64,000 bases of DNA from Octopus vulgaris (taxonomy: Eukaryota), in the NCBI GenBank assembly GCA_951406725.2, contig OX597818.1, positions 50,158,001 through 50,222,000 on the forward strand. The letters are read 5' to 3'. A model generated the notes under the pieces. It saw nothing but the letters and a program-made list of their open reading frames with translations, had not been told where the DNA came from and did not search any database. Position 1 is the stretch's first letter, and every line of letters begins with the position of its first letter. The translations under genes were made by a program, and so were the position numbers. This document shows, in pieces, positions 49,083 to 62,603 of this stretch.

Positions 49083-49615
49083 ATAATTGTAGAATACCTT
49101 TGAAGTCGATACTGACACTCAAAAGATTGTGAGAATTTGGCAGGTTTTAACGCCGAAGATGGTAGAATCGGGGTTTCAAAGCATTTTGATGCATCTGTCG
49201 CAAGGTTTTTTTTTTTTTTTTTACAGCTCTCACAGAAAATGGCGAGTTCTAAGATCTGACATAGTACCGTAATCAAATTACTTCAAAAAATGTCGCAAAA
49301 GCTAATGTAAATTAGTATTTCAGGAGTTGTTAAAGACAATCATTTTGGCATGAGGTTTAATTGTTGTCAAGTAGATGTCAGCTGATACAATATCAGTCCA
49401 ACAATCTGGTATAGGTAAGTGTATTGTGATGGGTAGTTTCAATTAGTTTCATTTAATCAGCCTTCGGTTCGTATTTTTCGTTAGGATTAAACTGTCTCAG
49501 TAAACTTATCCAGGTTCAGACAGGATTTCAGTTAATGATTAATGAAAAGCGATAATTCTATGCACTAACGAAAAATCTTATCATTCTTCATTTTCCCTCT
49601 ACTTTTTACATTAAA

Positions 49616-50007
49616 CTGGCAGTATAGCCCGGCGTTGCCCGGGTTTGTTTTCGTTTCGACTCTTTAGAATTGGAATTTTTGAAAAGTAAAAATTTTGCAT
49701 TATGTAGCTTGTTATTCTCTTTAAGTGAACATTTTTCTGGTTGAAATACACTGAAAAATGGCGACACAGCAGTAAAAAAATCGTAAAAAATAGGGATTTT
49801 CATAGAAAAAAAAGCACCTTTTTGATGTAAACAATTTTTGGTGTTAACATGGTCCGATTTGAATTTTTCTTTTACGGAATGAAGAGCTAGCCTTCTTCTA
49901 TCATACTCTCAATTTTGGTCAACTTGCGTCGCAGGGTCTCGGAGGAGATAGTGTTAACTGAAGGCTACCAAACCTGCCACACACAGACAACTTCAGCTTT
50001 ATATAGA
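49616..50007 (-). mobile_element. Non-autonomous Helitron-like element
   Basis: Minus strand starts TCTATATAAAGC and ends CCCGGGCAACGCCGGG-hairpin..CCAG|T; the 3' end matches 63670-63696. Confidence 0.7.
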
Positions 50008-51090
50008 TACGCGTAAGATCGTTTGTTGGTCAATGTATAGTGTAAAACAGTCTTCAAGTAAGATAGTTCGCCATTTTAAAGACATTTTGTGATATCATTG
50101 CCTCCTTTTTAATTAATGAGGTGTTCTGTTTAGGGTGAGAGAAAGTTCTAGAAAGTAAGCCAGTTGGTTCAATAAGCTGTGAAAAAACGCCAGAAATTTT
50201 AGATACTATGCATTAGATTCAGCATGTAGTGGAAATTCGGTTAAGATTGATGTGAGTAAGAGAAAGAGAGAGTGACAGAGTGACGTATTAACTATTGAAG
50301 TTTTAAGCTGATGAATGAAATAATAAAATGTGAACCTAGCGGAAGCCAATAGGATATGTACAGACTTAAAAAAATATAAAGAAAGAAGTACAAGAGTGGG
50401 TTGTTCGACTAAACCCTTCATGGCCGCTGTCCATTAACTGGAACAGATAAAAATAGAAAGTAAAAAATATATCCTTTCTCATTATATGGTTATTAAAAGG
50501 AAATTTTTTGTGTGGCGAATTCTAACATATCATTATGGACAGAAAAAAAAGAATGAAAGAATAAATAAAATAGAAATATATAAAGTAAAGATTCTATCAA
50601 TTGCGAGCGTTTATATGTCTTTTATGCACATTTTTCACATACACGATCTTCGTATTTTATCCAAATTCAATGTACAGTTTTGTGTAATAGAATTGACCGA
50701 ATTATTGATCTCTGTGGTGTACCGTTGCAGCTTGTGACACTTGTTAATTTTCTTTACTCCCCGCTTGCTTTCTCTTTGACAAGATTTACTGCTCCACACC
50801 AAACCAAACTTATTTAATAGAAATCTGACTTGAAATTCCTTGCTTAAATATTTCGGTTGTGCTTTACAAGCTTTAGTTTCATTTTTGAATTATTTCTCTT
50901 TAAATAACTCTTTCAGGAAAGAGGAAAATTATCTTGTCCGCATCGTGCGACCCTTGTTAATTTATTAAAACATTCAGATTGAAAATAACCAAGTCACAGC
51001 TGTAATGCTAAAAAAAAAAAAGAGAAATATTTAGTATTCTGTGTGTTAAGACTTGCTTGAAATAATTCCTTCCAGGATCCTTTTTCCTTT

Positions 51091-51140
<50 letters not shown>

Positions 51141-51264
51141 CATATATATATACGGGTGTGTGTGATTGTGTATAGAAGAATATATTAATAAAAGGAATTC
51201 CAACCTTGTCGGATTTTCACGTTTTAATCAAAAATTGTGAAGCACGACTGTCACCACTACTACA

Positions 51265-51309
51265 TGAACCTGAAGATTGCAGAATTTAATGCATGAAAGT
51301 ACTAGTTCA
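51265..51309 (+). ncRNA. Minimal type-I hammerhead ribozyme motif
   Basis: TGAAC-CTGAAGA-t-TGCA-gaatttaa-TGCA-t-GAAA-GTAC-TA-GTTCA: 5-bp stem I, intact CUGANGA and GAAA cores, palindromic stem III. Confidence 0.65.
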
Positions 51310-51455
51310 ATCAGAATGAACATTTAACATTCTATTATTTTATTTTATTTTATTATATTATATTATATTATATTATATTATATTATATTATATTATATCA
51401 TTATAAGATTGTAAATAAAACGTGAAAATCAGACAAGGTTTGGAATTCCTTTTAT

Positions 51456-51493
<38 letters not shown>

Positions 51494-51532
51494 ATGGAAT
51501 TATATATATATATATATATCAATAAAAGGAAT

Positions 51533-51593
<61 letters not shown>

Positions 51594-52199
51594 CATACAT
51601 ACATACATACATACACACACACGCACACACACATACACACAGTTGAAATTTACAGAAAAACAAAAGACGAAGACAGGTGTATTAGTTTCACGCTCGAGAA
51701 GGTGAGAAAATCTTTTACGTTTCGAGCCCACGCTCTTCAACAGAAAGGAACACAAGGAAATAAAACAAAGAGCATAAAAAAACTTGTGGAATTAGCGGTC
51801 AATCGCGGTGAATATATATAGAGTGGATATATTTTAAAATCGAATTAATTTTAAATTGACTAAATTTTAATAGTATCGATTTTATTATTATCCGTTTAAA
51901 TATATAGTCACGAAACGCGCGTAGTCAATTTAATGTGTATTTAATTTAATGATCGTTTGAATAATATTTATTATAGTATATTTAAATTTTTTCTGTATGA
52001 TATGGATAATGACTTTCACTATTGAATTACTTAATAGAGGTTATTTCTCTTAGTTATATACATGGATGGAATTCATAAATGTTTTAATGCATCGCTACGC
52101 GCGTTTCCACAAATCGCATGTTTCTTAAGATCATAGTCTATATTCCTGTAATGCATTAAAATATTCGTCAATTCCATCCACGGATTATTGTTATTATTT

Positions 52200-53170
52200 T
52201 GTTTTACTTCTCAGAACATTCGGTCTTGTTTGCTCTGGTAGATTCTGTGAGAGCGGACAACACCCTGCCGTCAGTGGTCTCACAGTTTCCCTTTTTTGCA
52301 CGTTATAAGCTTTTGATACTTGGTTGTTAATTATCGTAGGAGGCTTCAACATCCAAGTACCAATCTCAAAATACCAGCTGTCCCCTGCAGAGCAAATTTT
52401 GGGCTAGCCCAGCCTTCATGTCAATTCCGATTTCTTTGACATATTTCTCCAACTTGGTTGTTAGTGCTCCGAGTGCCCCTGGAATGACAGACACTCTCCT
52501 CATAGTCCACATTCTTGCAATTTCGTCTTTTAGTGGTTTGTACTTTTCAACCCTTTCTAGTTCTTCTGTCACTTATGCGTGCATCTCCAGGTATTTCAAT
52601 ATCTATGATCTTGGTTCCCTTTATTCCTTATCTACTACAATATCTGGTCCCCGAGCCTCGATTAGGGGGTCACATTGGATTGTAGAATCCCACAGTATCT
52701 TATGTTCCTTGTTCTCGGTGACTCCTCCTGGTTTATGCTCGTATCATTTCCGTACACTGTTCAAGCCGTTCTTTTCACATAGCCTCTAGTGGACGAACTC
52801 AGCCACGTTATCGTGCTTCCTTTTGTAGAGCTTTTGGGTCAGCTTGCTACACTCACTCACAACATGTGAGATTGTTTCCGTTCCAGCTGTCACACATCCT
52901 ACAAAGGGGCGATTCGCTATTCTTATCTAGTTGGAACTTGGTGTAATTAGTTCTCAGAGTTTGTTCCTGGGTGCTGCATATCAATGCCCCAGTGAATCCT
53001 TTCAGATCACTTTCTCTTAGCCGTCTCCAAGTGCTGACCTTGTCGTTTCCTTCGATTTCTCTGAGGTATTGCTCTTGCAGTTATTTCATTTTCCAATTGT
53101 TTATTCTTTCTTCTTCATCTTGTTTCTTAAATGCCTGTGGGTGCATCGCATTTTCGGTAGGTATTATATT
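52200..53170 (-). mobile_element. Decayed R4/Dong-type non-LTR retrotransposon 3' part
   Basis: Minus strand gives CAAPRNKLxTN, CRMCDSWNGN(fs)SHVVSEC, KRKHDNVA, ILWDSTIQCD, PDIV, EKYKPL and IPGALGA. Confidence 0.8.
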
Positions 53171-53330
53171 TATCATCATCATCATCATCATCATTATTAT
53201 TAGGGCATCATTAGGTTGTAGCCGACATATTAAAATGGGAGCTCTTATATGCATATTCAAAAGGTTTCCCGTAAACGAACTTAAAGGATATATGTGTATG
53301 TGTATGCATGTGTGCACGTATGTACATGTA

Positions 53331-53388
<58 letters not shown>

Positions 53389-55248
53389 GCTAGCTAGCTC
53401 TCTCTCTCTCTCTCTCTCTTTCTCCCTCTTTCTCTCTCTATATATATACGTACATACATACGTATGTATATATGTGTGTATATGTGTATGCATATATATA
53501 TATCCATGCAAAAATATGCATGACTATATTTGCATATATACACCACAGAAGGAAACAAGAATTCATCCGCTCCTAAGCTCTCATCGGACCTCACATCAGC
53601 ATCCTTGAAACCATCTTTGAGAACAAACACAAAAAGTGCCATCAAAAGGAAATAAATAAATTAAACAGCTCTTACGCGAAGATATATATATATTGTTAAT
53701 AAGAAAACAGACATTGGAGTAAGAAGGAGTCTAGAGAACAGAAATGGAAATGAGATCATACACAAGTGTGTAAATTCTAGCTGCGCGGAGTCTACTGGTA
53801 TGGAGACGACAGTGCAAACTACTGTTTATCACACCCCAAACCGTGCCAAAGTTGCATGAGGCAGGACGTAAACTTCTCTCCAAAGGGAGCAAAAGATAAA
53901 GACGCCAAAGGGGAAGAAGTCGCGCATCAGCTACGTCCAAACAAAAATACGCTGATGTAGTGCGCATTACTTTCAACAGCCAGCCAGCCAGCCAGCCAGC
54001 CCTATCTAGATGTTGTCATAAAGGCCGCTGCTGAGCAACAGTCTTTTTTATGTATGGCACAAAAGCTTGTACACCAATTCACTTGGTTGCATCAATTTTA
54101 GAGTCAGAGCCATCCTTACCGACATACAAGACCACCACGCCCTATAGGTCTAGCGTCGCCACTACTGGCATCTCCATAGTTGTCACATCAATACTCTTTC
54201 TAAACATCAGAAGACTGTTAAAACTCAGTAACAGAACAAAAATGACCTTCCTGAGGGACCTCGTTGCATGCAATCAAGCCTTATGCATAGCACTCACCGA
54301 AACGCACCCAAAGACCGACATCACAGATCAGAAATACACGTACCAAAGTATGTTATATTGCAAAGCGACAGAAAAGACAGGAGTCATGGTGGAGCTTGCA
54401 ATGTACATCTGTGAAGACCTCACGCCCAGGTCCTTTTGTCATACTCAACTCCTTGTGTGACACACTAATTGTACATATAAGACAACACTGTATAGTTATA
54501 TGCTACAAATCACAAGGGCCTATTTGAATACTGCTTCGCAAAAATAGAAGTCCTAACCAAATTAGAACAACGCATCAGTGTACTTCTCATAGGAGGCTTC
54601 AACATGCCCAACGTAAGATGACCTGAGGGCCTTTTATTCTCAGGAATGACGCAGTGTGAACAAAGAATGGTAGAATCCCTACTCAACCTCTCTAACACTT
54701 TCGTTATTATTGGAGCAAATAGTATGGAACTCACCCATACTGTGAAAGTCACCGACATTAGTCTCGCATCATAATATAATAGATCTGACTAAGCATGGAT
54801 CAAAGGAACCCGCATACACGCAGCCTATGAGAAACACCCGAAATATATCCAGTTTGGACTTCCATAAAGCAGACTGGTGGCCGTAGATGCAAACCAGGTG
54901 CTGGTCCTAATAGATTCCTAGTAATCCTTTTCACATCATGCAAACGTGCCCTTGCAAAATCGCTGCGGCTTCTTTTTCAGAGCTTCGTTCCAAATGGTAA
55001 GCTCCCAGGCAAATTGAAGGAGGGAATAATATGCCTTATCCATAGAGAAGGAAGCAGAACAGATGCTAAAAATTAAAAGCCTATCTTTCTGGCCTCACAC
55101 ATCAGCAAAATCATGGAACGAATAAGCCAAATGAAACTAATTACGTTCCTTAAAGAGATTTACTTGCTGACTGACACCCAGCATTGTTTTCGACCAGACA
55201 GAAGCTGCCTGACACCGCTCTTACAAAACTACGACTTGGTATTAAAGC

Positions 55249-55481
55249 TAAGGAGGCGAGCTGGCAGAAACGTTAGCATGCCGGGTGAAATGCTTAGCAG
55301 TATTCCGTCTGTCTTTACGTTCTGAGTTCAAATTCCTCCGAGGTTGACTTTGCCTTTCATCCTTTCGGGGTCGATTAAATAAGTACCAGTGACGCACTGG
55401 GGGTCAATATAATCGACTTAATCCGTTTGTCTGTCCTTGTTTGTCCTCTCTGTGTTTAGCCCCTTGTAGGTAGTAAAGAAA
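55249..55481 (+). mobile_element. SINE family B inserted in the CR1-group RT
   Basis: TSD TTGGTATTAAAGC on both sides. Confidence 0.9.
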
Positions 55482-56434
55482 TTGGTATTAAAGCAGTAAC
55501 TCAACAACTCAAATGTGGACGTGATATATCTCGACTTTGCTAAACCCTTTGATAAAGTCAACCATGGTATGATATGCCACAAGCTGTGTAATCTGCGCAT
55601 AGTCGGAAAACTTGTAGAGTGACTACACAACATTTTAAAAGACAAAAATCAGGTAGTCGTAGCCAAAAAGTCTATGTCCAAGAAACGCAAATAATGAGTG
55701 GTGTTCAACAGAACTGTCTTGGGGCTACTGATATTCATGGTGGATCTCTTAGAGATGCCCTCAGCAACTCAGATAGCCACCCTTGTAAGCTATGCAGACG
55801 ATCCAAAAGTCTCTCAGAAGATACAGAACTCTGGAGATGTTGCGCACCTGCAACAAGAGCTGGACGCAAAATACAGGTGGACTTAGGACAAGAACATGCA
55901 GTAATGCTGGAAAATTCCAAGCCACAAAGATGAATTAAAAATTGACAGGAAACACTGACCCAGGAGGGATTGCAATCCCTTGAATCAGAATCAGTGCACA
56001 ACATGGGCATTGACATGAGTAATTATGCATCTTTCCAGACGCATATTATTAAGTTGGCAATGCAATTCAGACGGCTGGCCGGAGGATCCTTGGAACTCTC
56101 AGAACGAGAGATTAGGAAACCATGATGGTCCTCTGAAGGACATTTGTCCTCGGCCGTTTAGACTGCTGCTTCCAAATATGCTTACCACACAATGTAAAAT
56201 TAACGACGGAACTCGAAGCAATCCTGCGAGGTTACACAAAGAAGATCGTTTCAGTGAGACATGAGACTTACTGGGCGAGACTGAAAAAGTTAAGACTCTA
56301 CTCTCTAGAACGAAGAGAAAGATATGCAGTGATTTATATCGGGAAAATCCTGGAAGGACTTGTATCAAGTTTTGGCAAGGAAATTTACACAAACAGCAGA
56401 AGCAGGCGTCACTGCTTTATGCCAAAAATTCCAG

Positions 56435-56651
56435 GGCGTAATTTCGGTATAAGTACCGGAAGTACCGGATACATTTCAAGAAAGTGTTTTTTTTTATATA
56501 TATATGGGGGGTTAGGGTTAGAGTTAGGGTTACGGTTAGGGTTGTGTTAGGGTTAGGGTTAGGGGTGGGAGAAAAGGGTTTCTGTTATCTTCAGAAATGT
56601 AAACAAAGCCGGTACTTACGGTACTTACGGTACTTATACCGAAGGATCGCC
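56435..56651. mobile_element. Second GG-terminated MITE with TTAGGG repeats
   Basis: GGCG..TTCGGTATAAGTACC / GGTACTTATACCGAA..CGCC inverted ends; flanks AATTCCAG and AATGCCAG (8 bp, one mismatch). Confidence 0.75.
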
Positions 56652-57650
56652 AATGCCAGTATTGCCATCAGGATACAAGACCGGATGCTGCAGCAGCTTG
56701 GGTTTCAGGGGCACACAACTCTTCGATATCCTCCCAAAACACCTGAGGAACCCACAGAGAGTGAATGTAGATGTTTTCAAAGCAAAACTTCTCCTGTCAA
56801 GAGTTCCGGATGAACCAACCCCGCGACTAGAAACACTGATGAGGGCAACAACAACAAGCTCCCTCATTCACCAAATCCCACAAATCGAAGAGGTTTCAAG
56901 TAGTGAAAGTGCATCAAAACCAACGGCGGTGACCCAGCATGATGCCTTATATGGTTTGTATAAGTTGGTATTTAGGTTAAGAGTGACGTCAGCGTTTGCT
57001 ACAGCAAGGTTTGTTACTATGGTGAATTTTAGACCAAGTGACCTCATGATTTGACCAAGTCTTTTAATCTAATGTTTGTCCATTAGCATTATTGAAGATA
57101 GGTATTTCACCATCGAAATATAAACCGAGCTGAAACTAGTAACTATATATGTGCGCGCGCATCTCTCTCTCTCTCTCACATACACATACACATATACATA
57201 GAGACACACATAAAAATACATGTATTTACACATACACATATATGCATATAAGTGTGTGTGTATATGCATACACGCACACGTATAGACAGACACATATACG
57301 CATTTTCACAGAATAAGTCAAATGAAATTTAAAAACAAAGAGAATTCTCAAAATTAAAGATAAAACTATAAAGAATATCATAATAATTAGAATAAAAGTG
57401 TCGTACATTGAATGACTAGGTGAAAATGCAGGTAGATGTGAAGATAAATCGATGCGCGAATGGATATGCAGTTGGATGGCTACTTAGGTGGGTAGACAGG
57501 TAGGTAGGTAGGTAGATAAGCAGATAAATAACCTAGTAGAGTGCCGCCTTTCGATGTAGCTGAAGTTAGATACGTGATTATGATATTTTAGTCTAAATTT
57601 TCTTTCTCCCATGCTTATGTATATATATGAGCGCTCTCGTAACTACATGT

Positions 57651-57724
57651 GGCCGGTTAGCTCAGTTGGTTAGAGCGTCGTGCTAATAACGCGAATGTCG
57701 TGGGTTCGAGCCCCATACTGGTCA
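57651..57724 (+). tRNA. tRNA-Ile (anticodon AAT)
   Basis: Full cloverleaf: acceptor GGCCGGT/ACTGGTC, D arm GCTC/GAGC, anticodon arm TCGTG-CTAATAA-CGCGA, T arm GTGGG-TTCGAGC-CCCAT, followed by T-run terminators. Confidence 0.85.
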
Positions 57725-57743
57725 TATTTAGTAATTTTTTTAT

Positions 57744-58123
57744 AGGCACAGGAGTGGCTGTGGGGTAAGTAGCTTGCTTACCGACCGCATGGTTCCGGGG
57801 GCAGTCCCACTGCGTGGCACTTTGGGCAAGTGTCTTCTACTATAGTACTATAGCCTCGGGCCGACCAAAGCCGTGAGTGGATTTGGTAGTCGGAAGCTGA
57901 AAGAAATCCGTCGTATATATGTATATGTATATATATGTGTGTCTATGTTTGTCTCCCACCCCAATATCACTTGACAACCGATGCTGGTGTGTTTACGTCT
58001 CTGTAACTTTGAGGTTCGGTAGAATAAATACTAGGCTTACAAAAAATAAGTCCTGGGGTCGATTTGCTCGACTAGAGACCGTGCTCCAGCATGGCCACAG
58101 TCAAATGACTGAAACAAGTAAAA
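57744..58123 (+). mobile_element. SINE family A
   Basis: Head and tail match family A. Confidence 0.85.
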
Positions 58124-58199
58124 CAGTATATATTATATATATATATATATCACTTGATTATGTGTTCGTAATTGTGATTTGAGTATTCATATTCTAGTT

Positions 58200-59010
58200 G
58201 ATAGATGACAACCTTGGTGCTTCAAGCTACGTTCAGTAGTTTAGTGCTGGTGTACCCCCACAAGCATTTTTCTTCTGGTGATGTTGCAACTCTGGATTTG
58301 TTCGATATATTTTCCACGATTGGTGAGTGAAGTATTTAGAATATGTCTGTTAAATTAACACCTGTACCTATGGATAGTGTTAAATTAACACCTGTACCTA
58401 TGGATAGCTGGAAAATGCTTATCTACTAAATTAAGAAAAAATTTAGTTACATTTGCTCTATATTGAGCAAGAAGGGACGAACAAGACAATGTCATCTTTT
58501 ACTTTTGGACTCTGTACATGTTGTTACTTTGCTGGAGACAATTTTTTCCTTAAAGCCACTGGCCTCTGTACATTGTTGTAACTGGTGGATGCCTTATCAA
58601 AGATTCTTTATTTGCTAACAGATGTAATATTCTGCTATTGTTTTTGACCAAGTTTTTGAATGCAATAGAGAGGTGGGAATATTTTGTGCCGATTCAGGTG
58701 TGTTTCTCGCATTGGACGCCTTATATGGTTTGTATAAGTTGGTATTTAGGTTAAGAGTGACGTCAGCGTTTGCTACAGCAAGGTTTGTTACTATGGTGAA
58801 TTTTAGACCAAGTGACCTCATGATCTGACCATGTCTTTTAATCTAATGTTTGTCCGTTAGCATTATTGAAGATAGGTAATTCACCATCGAAATATAAACC
58901 GAGTTTTACTGACGAGAATTTTCTTATAAGAAGATCTAAAGTGTGTAAGCCGTTAAGGTTACAAACTTCCACACCGTCAAACGAACCCATGCCCTCATCG
59001 AATGATCGGT
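58200..59010 (-). mobile_element. Decayed Penelope-like RT fragment
   Basis: DEGMGSFDGVEVCNLNG, LGLYFDG, LGLKFTIVTNLAVANADVTLNLNTNLYKPYK. Confidence 0.75.
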
Positions 59011-59244
59011 CCAGGTCGAATATTTTTATCGCGTGCAAGATATTTATCTGTCTGTCTGTCTGTCTGTCTGTCTGCCTGTCTGTATGTATGTTTGTCTAGC
59101 TTCTTTTACTCTATGTACTCCTCAGTTATTGCAAATCTTTCTGTGGTTCATATTTTTATCATTTTTTATCTTGATTTCAAAAATTTTCTTTCCATTCTGT
59201 GTTTTATTCAGTAGATACGTACGTGCATATCTGACTTATATATA

Positions 59245-59341
<97 letters not shown>

Positions 59342-59344
59342 GAA

Positions 59345-60626
59345 AGTTGGTTTGTGAAAGCACGTGGTTGAATATATAGAAAATAGTAAAAAGTGAAAAA
59401 ACTACAGAAGGCTTAAAGGTTAAAAAATATATATATATTTGCGTCAATATGTCTGAAGAATATTAAAAAAAATTTTTCTTACAATGACGTAGTTTAGAAG
59501 AAAGACCGGTTTCGCGTTTAGCTTTTCAAATTTCTTACGACGTTATGTTTATGTTGAATAGAGTTATCGTTATGTTTATGTTTCAAAGAGTTCTAAATAA
59601 GGGGAGGTAATGAGTGATTTCTTCCGGTGTAAGGGAGATAATCGCTTAAATTTTTTTTCTTTTCCCTTGGTGTGAATTTCTCTGTATCAGTATGTTGGCA
59701 TGGTTAAGTCTGGGCTTGTACTTTTCAATGAAGAATGTTTCTTGTTTAGTCTAATTTGTGTTGATGATCCGATAGCACATTAGTAAAATGGAAAGATTAA
59801 AAATTGAGGTAGTAGTTGCTTTGCGCATTTCTCAATATGCTCACTAAAAGGTATCATTCTGTATTCTGGGAATGCAATCTGTTGTCGATGCAGTGTGCAT
59901 CTACGTCTGAGTGATAGTCCCGTGGATCCCACGTAGTCTTGGTGGCAGCCCGAGCATTTTATGACATAAATTATGTTTTCAGAGGCACAAGTAAAGTTAG
60001 ATTTGATCTTGAATTTCTGTCCCTCTTTAAAGAGGAATTCTGATCCTTCTAGCAGGTTTGGACATGTTGCACAGTTCGATCTACCACATTTTTTTACTTT
60101 TGCATCCGTAATTTCAGAAAACAATTTTGCCTTTGTGAGAATCTTTTTAAGTGATTTAGGTTGTTTGTAGCTTTTAATGATTTGGTGTATGTTTAGAATT
60201 TCCTTTAATTTGGGGTCCTTATGAAGTATTGGTAAATTCTGGGTGATGATGGTGAAGGCTTCTTTGTTTCTGGGGTTGTATGTAGATATGTAAGGTAGTA
60301 TTTTCGGGGAAGGTGTGTTGTTGTGTTGAACTTTTCTTAAAGTTTATATGTTGATTTCTGTTGCACGTCTGATCCCATCCTCTATGAGTTGAGCTGGGTA
60401 ATGTCTGTCAATTAGGGTGTTTTTGAGTTCTTGCAGTCTAAAGTTCCTGGTATTTTGTTCTGACACTATTGTGCATATCCTTCTTGCAAGGTTGAAGGGG
60501 ATGTTTGTTTTAGTGTGTCTTTGTAGGATATACTAATTAAAAAAATTAACCTTAAAATAGAAACAGACATTTTTTTACAAAGCCACAGACGCCAAACAAT
60601 ACCTTCTTTTTAATTCATGCCACCCA
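59345..60626 (-). mobile_element. Penelope-like element 3' part with GIY-YIG endonuclease
   Basis: ORF 59780-60124: CGRSNCATC..NIIYVIKCSGCHQDYVGSTGLSLRRRCTLHRQQI; upstream NIPFNLARRIC RT-thumb motif. Confidence 0.9.
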
Positions 60627-60862
60627 TGATAGACAGCTATCATGCCAGCTTCCAAATCCTGTTTTCTGATTAGGTAAAATTGATTATACTCTAAACCTCA
60701 GTAACATTTTTCTACAATTTTTCTGGAACAAATAAATAACAAAATCGGATTTAACATGGAACATTTTTTCAATATACCAAATTTGAAAAATTTGACGCAA
60801 TTTAAAATCTAAGTGACAGCAACAGGGAAGATCCTACAAAAGTAGACAGACAGACAGTTATA

Positions 60863-60948
<86 letters not shown>

Positions 60949-61286
60949 ACAAACACACACACACATACATACACACATACACACACACATACACGCACAC
61001 ACACACATTTACAAACATACACACAGGTGATCACGAGTTTAAAATGGTGTATAGTAGACCTATGTATGTATGTATGTATGTATGTATGTACGTACGTACG
61101 TATGTATGTGTGTATATATATATGTATGTATATATATATATGTATGTATATGTATGTCTGTGTGTGGGTGTTTCTTTGCGATGAACAGCAGAAAAGCCAC
61201 CTACCTCTTCTCTCTTTAAAGTTACGTATTTCTCACACCCACCTTTCTTTCCCTTCATCGGCGTTTTAAAAGTTATTTATGTGCAT

Positions 61287-61317
<31 letters not shown>

Positions 61318-61781
61318 CGCACGTGTGTGTGTATGCGTGTATCTATGTATTTACGATGTATTTACGAAAGTATGTATGCAGCGTCGCATGTATATCCTTG
61401 AATGACAGCGATATTAACGTTACTATCCCACTGCCATTCTATATTTGTCGCTTATACAACGCTATTCTCCCCTTCTCTGGTATTAGTCACACTCGCTGTG
61501 CCATCACATTTCCTTCACACTAACGTTCTTGCACCCTTATCATTTTATCAAATAATAGCTCATTCCACCCTAGGGAGCCCATTATAGATTTTTATTGAAA
61601 TCCAATTAGCCTATAATTGAACTTGGTGTTAGTTTAACATGTACGCAAAGTTTCGTCAAGATTGGTTCACTGGAATAAGCACCAAGATGGTAACAAACTG
61701 ATCGACAGATAGAAATTGCCATTTATGCATAAGATATACATTGACGCACGCACACGCACACACACACACACACAGACACAG

Positions 61782-61814
<33 letters not shown>

Positions 61815-61834
61815 TATCTCCCTCGCGCGCACAC

Positions 61835-61898
<64 letters not shown>

Positions 61899-62004
61899 TC
61901 GTACTCGTGTGTATCTAAGTGCTTGAGTTTGTTTCCTCCACCAACAACAACAACATCGAAAAATACCTTAGGAATGAGAACCCAGGTTCGAAATTTCTCC
62001 AAGA

Positions 62005-62048
62005 CACCTGATGAAAGCTGGAGGGTATATCAGCCGAAATGTTGTGTT
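62005..62048 (+). ncRNA. Minimal type-I hammerhead ribozyme motif
   Basis: ACAC-CTGATGA-aa-GCTG-gagggtatat-CAGC-c-GAAA-TG-TT-GTGT: stems I and II and both core boxes present. Confidence 0.6.
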
Positions 62049-62107
62049 AACAACAAACATGATGAGGACAGATATCCGTCAAATGTAAATAAAGCTTACT
62101 CTTCACC

Positions 62108-62603
62108 CGTTTTTGAGTGAGGGTGGCCATCCTGCTTGTTACCTCCTCCCGCTTCTCCACCCGAAGATCTGGACCAAACAAGATCCAGAGCAATTCAACC
62201 AAATGCTGCTGTTGCTACTGTCGCTGCTGCTGCTGCTGTTGAGCGAACGGTCTTCGTCCCAGAGCTCGCAAGATGGGAGAAGTCCGAAACGTGGTCCTTT
62301 GCTATTCGTAAGACCCGCAGAAGAGAAAGCAGGTCAACCCCCGACACCGAGAGCATCGACGGATGGATGAATGCGCATCCAGGCTCAGCGGTTGCGTAGG
62401 AAGTCGGGGACAAGAAACAGGAAGAAAGAGTGAGAGAAATTTGGAGCGAAAGAGTACAACAGGGGTCGCCACCACCCCCTGTCGGAGCCTCGTGGAGCTT
62501 TAGGTGTATTCGCTCTATAGACACACACAAAGCCCGATCTGGGAATCGAAACCGCGATCCTCCGACCGCGAGTCTGCTGCCCTAACCACTGGGCCATTGC
62601 GCC
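62108..62603 (-). mobile_element. SINE family C
   Basis: Reverse complement of 10577-10955 with a longer tail. Confidence 0.85.

Larger units (their letters stand above)
48040..49610 (-). pseudogene. Unknown decayed intronless gene family, copy D
   Basis: SLTEILSEPG*V..QFNPNEKYEP..IPDCWTDIVSADI..MSDLRTRHFL..CQYRLQRYSTII..RAHDFLY..IDASTL..QVEQLNR; the frame continues across two SINEs. Confidence 0.6.
53540..56940 (+). mobile_element. Decayed CR1-group LINE: ORF1 with CCCH-finger remnant, APE endonuclease, RT
   Basis: VCKF*LRG..HPKPC; LFLNIRRL..IALTETH; GGFNMP; QHCFRPDRSCLT; VDVIYLDFAKPFDKV; YADD; RLKKLRLYSLERR. Many stops and frameshifts. Confidence 0.85.

Noticed and set aside
50880-51000. 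Acceptor-like TCTTTCAG followed by a short frame
   Set aside because: Stops within ~25 codons, no clear donor, and no recognisable peptide.
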